DNA of 64,000 nt from Afipia sp. 64-13. GTDB taxonomy: Bacteria; Pseudomonadota; Alphaproteobacteria; Rhizobiales; Xanthobacteraceae. Below the pieces are notes generated by a model that was not told the origin of the DNA, searched no databases, and saw nothing but the letters and a program-made list of their open reading frames with translations. Shown one piece after another: positions 19,948 through 28,010 of the stretch. The stretch covers positions 298,370 through 362,369 of the forward strand of contig MKUJ01000003.1 in assembly GCA_001897755.1 (NCBI GenBank). The letters are read 5' to 3'. Position 1 is the stretch's first letter. Each line of letters begins with the position of its first letter. Both the position numbers and the translations under genes were made by a program.

Positions 19948-21521
19948 GTCCGCGCCTGCCGCAACGCGACCGACAGGACCTCCATCTCCACGGGCTTCTG
20001 CAGGATCGGCACGCTGACCTCGGCCTCCTCCTCGCATAGCGCCTTGAGCGCCGTTGCCGGCAGCGCCGTCGCCAGAAGCACGGCGGTGCCGGGCCAGCGT
20101 TGCCGCACCATCCGGCACAGCATGGCTCCGTTGATGGATCCCGGCAGCATCACATCGCTGAGCATCAGATCGAACGACGCTCCCGACTCCAGGATCCGCA
20201 AGGCCTCGTCGGCATTTTCCGCCGTCGCGATCTCATATCCGAGGCGTCGGAGCTGGCGAACGAACAAGGTTCGCACCGGCGCCTGATCCTCGACCAGAAG
20301 AATCCGCCTGCCGTCCGTGACGGGGTCCGAAACCGGCGCTTGAGCCTTGATGTCGTGGACGCATAACGGCAAATAGAGCGACACTTTCGTGCCGACGCCG
20401 GGGGAGCTTTCGATGGCGAGATTGCCGCCGGATTGCCGGACGAAGCTGTAAACGGTGCTCAGTCCGAGACCGCTGCCCTGCTCCGCCGTCTTGGTCGTGA
20501 AAAACGGCTGGAGCGCCTTCTCCCGCACATCCGCGGTCATACCGCAGCCATTGTCGGTGACGGCAATCCGGGCGTAGCGGCCCGGCTTCATGTCCGGCAA
20601 CAGGAGCGACGATTGCCCGGACAATTCGACGTCGGCGACATCGAACGCGATGCGACCGCCGCCTGTCATGGCGTCCCTGGCATTGATGGCGAGGTTGAGC
20701 AGGCTGGCATCGAACTGATAACGGTCGACGAACACGGGACATTCCGCCTCGGGAACGGTGACGGCGAGCGCAATGTCCTGCCCCAATGTCCGCCCGGCGA
20801 GGCGCGACAGGTCGCCGACCAGCACACGCAAATCCATGATCTCGGGCGACAAGGGCTGGTTGCGCCCAACCGCCAGAAAACGCCGCGTCGTCTCGACACC
20901 GCCAAGCGCCGCATCGAGCGCGTCTTCAATCAGCTCGCGCACCACCCTTGTGTCGGCAATCGACGGAGCCCTTGCGTCCTCCTGCGCGAGGCGAAGATTG
21001 CCGATAATCACCGAGAGCAGATTATTGAAGTCATGCGCGATTCCCGCGGTCAGCCGGCCCAGCGCCTCCATGCGCCGACTGTGGCGAAGCTGTTCTTCCG
21101 CCTCGCGCCGGGAGCGAAGAAGTTCGAGACGTTCGAAGCAGCGATCGAGCGTCGCCAGCAGATCGTCGGGATCGAACGGCTTGCAGAGATAATCGTAGGT
21201 TCCGACGCGAAGCGCCTTGATCGCGGTCTGGACCGAAGCATAGGCAGTCATCATCACGACAAGGAGATCAGGATTGCGCTGGTGAAGCTCCGCCGCCAGT
21301 TGAACGCCGTCGGCATGTCCAAGCCTGATATCGACCAGCGCGACATCGACGGCGGAGCCGAGCGGACGCGCCTTGTCAGGCCCATAAGCAACCTCGACAT
21401 GATAGCCTTCGAGCTGAAGCAGGGATGCCAGACTTCCAGCCACATCGATGTCGTCATCCACGATCAGGATGCGACGCGGGCGCCGGCTATTCTCCCTGTC
21501 AGGAAAAATCACGTCATTCAT
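19911..21521 (-). CDS. Hybrid sensor histidine kinase with REC domains at both ends (REC-HisKA-HATPase-REC)
   Basis: The likely start MNDVIF... at 21521 overlaps the upstream gene stop (ATGAATGA). It has an N-terminal receiver (ILIVDDDIDV...), the H-box IAHDFNNLL, the G-boxes of HATPase_c and a C-terminal receiver (ILLVEDQ...). No TM segments. Its 3' end overlaps the convergent response regulator gene by 37 nt. Confidence 0.85.
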   Translation of the reverse strand: MNDVIFPDRENSRRPRRILIVDDDIDVAGSLASLLQLEGYHVEVAYGPDKARPLGSAVDVALVDIRLGHADGVQLAAELHQRNPDLLVVMMTAYASVQTAIKALRVGTYDYLCKPFDPDDLLATLDRCFERLELLRSRREAEEQLRHSRRMEALGRLTAGIAHDFNNLLSVIIGNLRLAQEDARAPSIADTRVVRELIEDALDAALGGVETTRRFLAVGRNQPLSPEIMDLRVLVGDLSRLAGRTLGQDIALAVTVPEAECPVFVDRYQFDASLLNLAINARDAMTGGGRIAFDVADVELSGQSSLLLPDMKPGRYARIAVTDNGCGMTADVREKALQPFFTTKTAEQGSGLGLSTVYSFVRQSGGNLAIESSPGVGTKVSLYLPLCVHDIKAQAPVSDPVTDGRRILLVEDQAPVRTLFVRQLRRLGYEIATAENADEALRILESGASFDLMLSDVMLPGSINGAMLCRMVRQRWPGTAVLLATALPATALKALCEEEAEVSVPILQKPVEMEVLSVALRQARTQCDDSGESVKT

Positions 21522-24165
21522 TGACCGAATCTTCCATGTCGGAAACGGGAAGTCTGATGTCGACGCGACTACCTTCCCCGGGCTGGGAAGTAATGGTGAT
21601 CGTCCCGCTGTGACGCTCGATGATCCGCGCGACATGCGCCATGCCCAGACCCACGCCGAAGGTCTTGGTGCTGAACAACGGCTCAAATACCCGCGCGCAG
21701 ATGTCCTGCGTCATACCAATCCCGTTGTCCGTGACCGACAGACATACCACGTCTCCGACATTCTCGGTCGACAGCACGATCTTTCCCTCGCGCGAAGGAC
21801 GCTCGTCGATGGCCTGCATGGAATTCTGCACGAGATTGACGAGAGCCTGCCGCAATCGCTCTCCGTCCGCCTGAATGAAGCGACCGGACCGCAGATCGAA
21901 TTCGATCGGAACAGACGACAGCTCTTTAAGCTCCGCGGAGTTCAGCTCGACCCAGCTATCGATAGCAAGCGGCGCCATGTTGGGATGAGGCCGCCGCGAG
22001 AATTGCAGCAGATCTTCGATGATGCGGGCGCAGCGCTCCACATTGCGCTGAATGCGATCGACCTCCCGTCGCCAGCCAGACCCGCCGCCCATCCCCTGCG
22101 ACCGCTTCAAGATCGCGACCGAGGTCGTCAGCGCTCCCAGCGGATTGCGCAATTCATGGCTGACGGTCGCCGTGATCTGTCCGATGGTTGCAAGGCGCTC
22201 GGCCTTGGCGAGCTCGCCCTGAGCATCGTTCAGTTTTTCCAGCGAGGCGACGAGATTGCGCTGGGCAAGCTCGCGGCTTTCGTTGGAAAGAACGATCCAC
22301 CATGCGCTGATCGCCAGCAGCGGCAGCAACGCGAGAAAAACCCGCAACAGCAATGCGTCGTTCGAAAGATGCGGCACATCCGCGCCCGGCTCCACCAGGC
22401 GATAGGTGAGAAGAAACAGCGCGGCGGCGACCACCGACAGAGCGAGCAGAAGGCCCCCGACCTTGAGCAAGCGTTGCGGCATGTGGGGCGCAAGCCGGCG
22501 CGAGAAACCCGGACCGAAATATCGCGATCGCGAGGATTCGAGCGCGACACTCGATTTCTTGCAGGAATCGTGGCAATGCGCCTCAAGGCTGCAGCATAAC
22601 GAACAGATCGGCCGCTCGTAGAAGCTGCAATAGGCCATATCCTCGCGCTCATAGGAATGATCGCAAATCTCGCAACGCAGGACCGTGCCTTCCAGAGCGG
22701 CCAACGCAAGCGGCGGCTGGCGCGCGATATAATATCGACCGCGCGTCACGATCCCGATCAGGATGGCAACGGCGAAGGAGACGACAAACGACAACGGCGC
22801 CGAGTAGGCCTGCGCCGTCGCCCCGAAGAAGCCGTTAAAGGCCGCGATCGCAACCAGCGATCCGACCGCCATGCCGCCGCATCCCACCGGATTGAAATTG
22901 GGCAGATGGGCCCGTTTGAATTCGACAAAAGCCGGACTGACCTTAAGCGGTTTCAGCACCCACAGATCGGCGACGATCGCGCCGATCCATGCGGTCGCGA
23001 TATTCGAATAGACCGCGAGCACGAGCTCGAGCGTCTGGAAGATGCCGAGCAGCATCAAAAGCAGGGAAATGAGGATGTTGAAAACGAGCCAGACCACCCG
23101 ACCGGGATGATAGTGCGTCACCCGCGAGAAGAAATTCGACCAGGCGAGCGAGCCTGCATAGGCGTTGGTGACGTTGATCTTGACCTGCGAAAGCAGAACG
23201 AAGAACGTCGCCGCGAACAACACAGTCGAGGTATCGTTGAAGACGTAGTGATAGGCGCCGATATACATGCGGATCGGCTCAAGGGCGACGGCCGGCAGCA
23301 CTCCACCGTTCAAGGCAAGGACCGCAAGGAGGCTTCCCCCGAGCACCTTGAGGCCGCCGATCAGGATCCAGCCGGGGCCTGCGAACACCACGGCCGCCCA
23401 CCATCGCAGACGGTTCTCCGGGGTCTTTTTCGGCAGAAACCGCAAATAGTCCGCCTGCTCGCCGACCTGCACCACGAGCGAGCACATCACGCTCAGGGCC
23501 GCGCCGAACGCAAGGGGGCTGAATCCTCCCTTGCTGCCGTCGATGCCGGCGAAATCGATCCAGACCTGAATATCCTCCGGCTTCTTCCAGACGATCATCA
23601 CAAAGGGCGCGATCATCATCAGCAGCCACAGCGGCTGCGTCACCAGTTGCAGACGGCTGATCATGGTGATGCCCATCATCGTCACCGGAATGATGATGAC
23701 GGACGACACGATATAACCGACCACCAGCGGCACATCGGCATAAAGCTTCAGGGCCTGCGCCATGATGGCGCCTTCGAGCGCAAAGAAAATGAAGGTGAAG
23801 CTCGCGTAGATCAGCGACGTGATGGTTGATCCGATATAGCCGAACCCCGCGCCGCGGGTCAGAAGATCGAGATCGATGTTGTATCTGCTGGAATAATAGG
23901 AGATCGGAAGATTGGTGATGAAAATGAAAATCGATCCGACCAGGATCGCCAGAGCGGCATTGCTGAAGCCGTAGCTGAACGTGATCGCGCCGCCGATCGC
24001 CTCCAGCGCGAGAAACGAAATGCCCCCCAGCGCGGTATTGCTGATGACGAATGGCGACCATCGTCGAAATGACTGCGCGGCGTAGCGGAGGGAATAGTCT
24101 TCGAGCGTCTCGTTCGCGATCCAGGAATGATAAGATCGCAATGCTGGCAGCCGCGGCGTCTCCAC
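21514..24165 (-). CDS. Permease-histidine kinase fusion: NCS1/cytosine-purine-permease-like 12-TM domain, Cys-rich segment, 2 TM helices, HisKA + HATPase
   Basis: 883 aa. Residues 1 to about 480 are polytopic and permease-like. Residues 498-535 read CEICDHSYEREDMAYCSFYERPICSLCCSLEAHCHDSC. Two further TM helices follow, then the H-box VSHELRNPL and an HATPase_c domain (NLVQNS..., DNGIGM, GVGLGM). Confidence 0.8.
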   Translation of the reverse strand: METPRLPALRSYHSWIANETLEDYSLRYAAQSFRRWSPFVISNTALGGISFLALEAIGGAITFSYGFSNAALAILVGSIFIFITNLPISYYSSRYNIDLDLLTRGAGFGYIGSTITSLIYASFTFIFFALEGAIMAQALKLYADVPLVVGYIVSSVIIIPVTMMGITMISRLQLVTQPLWLLMMIAPFVMIVWKKPEDIQVWIDFAGIDGSKGGFSPLAFGAALSVMCSLVVQVGEQADYLRFLPKKTPENRLRWWAAVVFAGPGWILIGGLKVLGGSLLAVLALNGGVLPAVALEPIRMYIGAYHYVFNDTSTVLFAATFFVLLSQVKINVTNAYAGSLAWSNFFSRVTHYHPGRVVWLVFNILISLLLMLLGIFQTLELVLAVYSNIATAWIGAIVADLWVLKPLKVSPAFVEFKRAHLPNFNPVGCGGMAVGSLVAIAAFNGFFGATAQAYSAPLSFVVSFAVAILIGIVTRGRYYIARQPPLALAALEGTVLRCEICDHSYEREDMAYCSFYERPICSLCCSLEAHCHDSCKKSSVALESSRSRYFGPGFSRRLAPHMPQRLLKVGGLLLALSVVAAALFLLTYRLVEPGADVPHLSNDALLLRVFLALLPLLAISAWWIVLSNESRELAQRNLVASLEKLNDAQGELAKAERLATIGQITATVSHELRNPLGALTTSVAILKRSQGMGGGSGWRREVDRIQRNVERCARIIEDLLQFSRRPHPNMAPLAIDSWVELNSAELKELSSVPIEFDLRSGRFIQADGERLRQALVNLVQNSMQAIDERPSREGKIVLSTENVGDVVCLSVTDNGIGMTQDICARVFEPLFSTKTFGVGLGMAHVARIIERHSGTITITSQPGEGSRVDIRLPVSDMEDSVNE

Positions 24166-24325
24166 TGGGCATTTCCCCTCTGTGCCGTGGGCGATCCTAT
24201 CTCCTCTCCTCTTCCTTTGCCAGCCGGGCCGGTCGTTCCTGGTGCTGCGGCCCGCGCAAGGTCGAAGTCTGGATTTAGATCAAAGTCATCGGGCCCTGCC
24301 AGCGGAGGAATGAGGCTTGCAGGAC

Positions 24326-26338
24326 TCAAACCAATCCGCCGGGCCGAGAGTATGCGGCGCGCTCGCCGCCCACCTCCTCCGGCCGGGATGGCATGAATGT
24401 CTGCGACATCGACCGCGAGACATCCCGGATCGGATCGCTCAGCAGCCGCAACCCGTTGAGAACGACAAGGACCGTTCCTCCCTCGTGTCCCACGACCGCA
24501 AGTGGAAGAGGCAGTTCGAACATGGCGGCGCCGATCACAAGAACGAGCATCGCGCCGATCGCAAAGGTCAGGTTCTGACGAATGATCCGGGCGGTCCGTT
24601 TCGACAGGCGATGCGCGGCCGCCAGCCGCTCCATGTCCTCCGAAAGCAACGCCACATCGGCGGCCTGAAGCGCCACTTCGGAGCCCGCCACGCCCATGGC
24701 GATGCCGACATCGGCGCGCGCCAGCGCCGCGGCGTCGTTCACGCCATCGCCGACAAACGCAATCTTCCTTCCCTGCGCCGCCTTTGCGACCATGACAACC
24801 TTGTCCTGCGGCAGCATCTCCGCGTGAATCTCGTCAGTCCGCAAACCCAGTTCCTGCCCGATCCGCAGAGCGACCGGACGCCTGTCGCCCGTCATCATCA
24901 GGATCGTCGCAACGCCGCTGGCTCTCAGCGCCGCGAGCGCGGCGGCCGAGGTCTCGCGCGGTCTGTCTGCCACGCTGACGGCACCGAGCAGATTGTCCCC
25001 GCGCCCCATGTAAATCACGGTCTCGGCGCTGTTCTGCAGATCACGCAACGCATCGTGATCGGCTGACGCGCCCATGGCCTCGACCATCCGGCGGTTTCCC
25101 GCCCAGATCGGTCCGAGATCGTCTTCGCCCATGATGCCGGCGCTGGGCAGCGACTTCACATTTCGGACGTCATGAAGAGCCACGTCGCACTGGGCCGCCT
25201 CGCGCCGCAAGGCATCCGCGATAGGGTGTTCGGAATGGGCCTCAAGACTGGTCAGCGTCGACAGGAAGCCGCTCTGGTTTCCGTCCAACGCGACAATGCC
25301 CGTCACGGTGGCGCGTCCCGCCGTCAGCGTACCCGTTTTATCGAACGCAAAAACCTTCACCGATGCCAGGGTTTCAAGCGCAGCCCCGCCCTTGAACAGA
25401 ACGCCTCCTCGCGCCGCCGCCGAAAGAGCCGACAGGATCGCGGCCGGCACGGAAATCACGATGGCGCACGGGCTTGCCGCCACCAGCATGGTCGCCGCCC
25501 GGTAGAGCGCCGTCTCCCAGTTGTTTCCAAGCCAGAGGAAGACACCGAGCGCAACAGCGGACCCCAACAGGACCGCAATCGTATAACGCTGCCCGAACCA
25601 GGCGCTGAACCGCTCGGACGGCGCCTTCGCCGCTTGCGCCTCCGTGACGAGCGCAATCATCCGGGCGACCGTGCTCTGCTCCAGAGTCTTTGCGACCCGC
25701 ACCTCGAGCACGCCGTCGAGGTTGACCGTTGCTTCAAAGACCTGCGAACCGGGCTCCCTGCGCACCGGCATCGATTCACCGGTGATGGTGGATTCGTCCA
25801 GCGATCCGCGGCCCGCGACGATCACGCCGTCGGCCGGAACCCGGGAGCCGGGGCGAAGAATCACCAGATCACCCACCCCAAGGTCGGCAGCCGGTATCTC
25901 CTCGACCGCGCCGTCCTGTGTTTTGCGGAAGGCCGTCTCCGGCCGCAGCGACATCAACGCCTCGATGGCGCGCCGGGCCCGGCCCATGGCCCGCTCCTCG
26001 AGCGTGGTGGACAGGCTGAAGAGCGTGAGCAGAACCGCGCCCTCGACGGTGGCGCCGACGATCGCCGCCGCGATCGCGGCAACGACCATCAAGAGGTCGA
26101 TATCAAGGGTATGCTCGCGCCACAGCGCTTGCAGCGCGCGCCATCCGGCCGGCACACCCCCGGCGAGATAGACAAGCACCGTGCCGCTCAGGACGAGCTG
26201 AGATGCGAGCGGGCCATCAAGCAGCCAGGTTCCGGCCAAAGCCAGCGCCAGACCAATCACGGTCGCCGCGGTCAGAACCACGGAGATGCCCGATAGAAAA
26301 CGCGGCAACACACCCTCCAATAATGCGTGATCGATCAC
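24326..26338 (-). CDS. P1B-type heavy-metal translocating ATPase lacking an N-terminal metal-binding domain; SPC / HEGGT motifs suggest the P1B-4 (Co/Zn-type) subgroup
   Basis: 670 aa with a GTG start. It carries the DKTGTLT phosphorylation motif, the TGES actuator motif, GDGVNDA, the TM motif ASPCAIV and a late-TM HEGGT. Confidence 0.9.
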   Translation of the reverse strand: MIDHALLEGVLPRFLSGISVVLTAATVIGLALALAGTWLLDGPLASQLVLSGTVLVYLAGGVPAGWRALQALWREHTLDIDLLMVVAAIAAAIVGATVEGAVLLTLFSLSTTLEERAMGRARRAIEALMSLRPETAFRKTQDGAVEEIPAADLGVGDLVILRPGSRVPADGVIVAGRGSLDESTITGESMPVRREPGSQVFEATVNLDGVLEVRVAKTLEQSTVARMIALVTEAQAAKAPSERFSAWFGQRYTIAVLLGSAVALGVFLWLGNNWETALYRAATMLVAASPCAIVISVPAAILSALSAAARGGVLFKGGAALETLASVKVFAFDKTGTLTAGRATVTGIVALDGNQSGFLSTLTSLEAHSEHPIADALRREAAQCDVALHDVRNVKSLPSAGIMGEDDLGPIWAGNRRMVEAMGASADHDALRDLQNSAETVIYMGRGDNLLGAVSVADRPRETSAAALAALRASGVATILMMTGDRRPVALRIGQELGLRTDEIHAEMLPQDKVVMVAKAAQGRKIAFVGDGVNDAAALARADVGIAMGVAGSEVALQAADVALLSEDMERLAAAHRLSKRTARIIRQNLTFAIGAMLVLVIGAAMFELPLPLAVVGHEGGTVLVVLNGLRLLSDPIRDVSRSMSQTFMPSRPEEVGGERAAYSRPGGLV

Positions 26339-26386
26339 GGGCGGACCTTCGCCGCCACCGTCAGATATCCAACGACATCTGATAGT

Positions 26387-26401
26387 TTAGAATCATTCTA
26401 A
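26387..26401. promoter_or_regulatory. Perfect palindrome TTAGAAT-C-ATTCTAA about 50-60 nt upstream of the ATPase start; possible metalloregulator operator
   Basis: Read directly in the 104-nt gap between the ATPase and the DUF4336 gene. No regulator gene is adjacent, so the function is speculative. Confidence 0.25.
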
Positions 26402-26442
26402 TCTTATTGGAAGTCTCGCCGCAATGCAATATCGCCGAGGCG

Positions 26443-27216
26443 TCAGGGAAAATCGCCGGCACGCTCGCGGAGCAGCCATGAAAAGGCCCGTCGCAAAAAG
26501 GAGGCGCCACCTGTCCTGGCAATCTCGCCATGCGCCACGACGACATGCTCGGGATGCTTTCCGATCAACGCACGAATCTTGGGGCGCGCGCTTGCGCGGT
26601 TGCGGAAACTGATCCGGTAGTCGATCGGCGGATAACCCCACCCCTCGACCATTTTCGAAAGCCGTGCGATCGGCCGCATCCACAAGGGCCAATGAGTTTT
26701 CAGGAATGTCTCGCTGAAAGTCTGCGACAGGTCGGCGATGATGACGGTGCGGGAGGCGCGGTGAAAGAAGATCAGTTCGTCCACGAAAGGCGAATTGGTG
26801 AAATAGAACTGGTCGATCTGACCTCTCCATTCGGCCGGCGGGTCGTCGTCCAGTATCCCGGCAAAACGGAGGTCTCTGCATTTGGCGATCGTCGCCGCCG
26901 TCGCCCACACACCGGCGTCCGGGAATGCGGCCTGCCACTCGCCGAGAAACAGATAGTGCAGGCTGTTGGGGCTGACGATATGCCGGACTGGCCCCAGCGC
27001 GCGAATCTCGTGCTCAATCGCCGCCGTCCTTTCGACCGGCGACCAGAGCCACAATCCTCCATCGGCAAGACGGACGATGACCATACGTGTTGGATAGTCG
27101 AAGCCCTTGAACGAGACGACTCCGCCATCCGCAAACCACAGATTCAAACCCAGCGGCTCCAGCATGGTCGCGAAGTCTAGTCCCCCGGACGGGCGCCTTC
27201 CAGCCTTCCAAGGCAT
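26443..27216 (-). CDS. DUF4336-like (metallo-beta-lactamase-fold) hypothetical protein
   Basis: 257-aa ORF; the alternative start MLEPLG at 27165 is more likely. The sequence pattern (...VIVRLADGGLWLWSP...HIVSPNSLHYLF...) matches what I recall of DUF4336. Confidence 0.6.
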   Translation of the reverse strand: MPWKAGRRPSGGLDFATMLEPLGLNLWFADGGVVSFKGFDYPTRMVIVRLADGGLWLWSPVERTAAIEHEIRALGPVRHIVSPNSLHYLFLGEWQAAFPDAGVWATAATIAKCRDLRFAGILDDDPPAEWRGQIDQFYFTNSPFVDELIFFHRASRTVIIADLSQTFSETFLKTHWPLWMRPIARLSKMVEGWGYPPIDYRISFRNRASARPKIRALIGKHPEHVVVAHGEIARTGGASFLRRAFSWLLRERAGDFP

Positions 27217-27388
27217 GCCCAGGACATGCCCGATTCCGTTCGCCGCTGTTCCCCGCGCGCCTGGATGCTTGCAGAGCTGGCCGTGAAGGCGATCGACAGT
27301 AGAGCGCCGCAGCTCGTCGTTGGCCGTCGGAAAAATACTTGAAATATTCGGCGCCCCTAAAAGGCTCCGGACACAGCGCTGGATCAGG

Positions 27389-27931
27389 TCACGGCCGAAT
27401 CAACATGGCGTCCTTGAAAGGATTGCGAAGCGTATTGAGCACCGGATTGATGTTGTCCGGCTTCCAGCAAACGATATAGCCGACGCGCGTAGCGCCGTTG
27501 CCGTCGTGCGGCGACCGGAACACGACGCCGAGCCCGGTCAGGCCAGACGCAGATCCCGCATTGCAGACTTATGCCCTCGCCGCTCCCCACTTCGCTCAAG
27601 ATATTATCGCGGTTGAGACGGAGTGTGATGATCTCGGGATGGTCCGACGGTGCCGCGAGATGCCGGAGCAGGATGTTACGATTCTGGGCCAGGATCGTTA
27701 TGACTGATGAGGAAACGTTCGCTCTTCAGCTCGGGCCAATGGATGACGGGCTTGTCCGCGAGGGAGTGGCTGTTCGGCAGCGCCACCATGATGCGCTCTG
27801 ACCAGAGCGCAAGAGAGTAGAAGACATCGCTTGCTGACGATCGGCTGCCTGACGCGAAACTCATGCGCAGCCGCGCTAAAACTGCCATTGCGGGCGCGGG
27901 CAACAATATAGCGAAGGTGGCGCAGGTCCAT
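27389..27931 (-). pseudogene. Decayed LysR-family regulator (HTH retained, internal deletion and at least two frameshifts)
   Basis: The N-terminus MDLRHLRYIVARARNGSFSAAAHEF... is a LysR HTH. Effector-domain pieces appear in two other frames (...LWSERIMVALPNSHSLADKPVIHWPELKSERFL...; ...GVVFRSPHDGNGATRVGYIVCWKPDNINPVLNTLRNPFKDAMLIRP*). The total is far shorter than an intact LysR of about 300 aa. Confidence 0.6.
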
Positions 27932-28010
27932 TCTCCTCCCTCACTTGGCGTACTGACATCGAGATGTGGCACGGTCATCATCCGAGCCTCAATATAATTG
28001 AAGTCGTATT

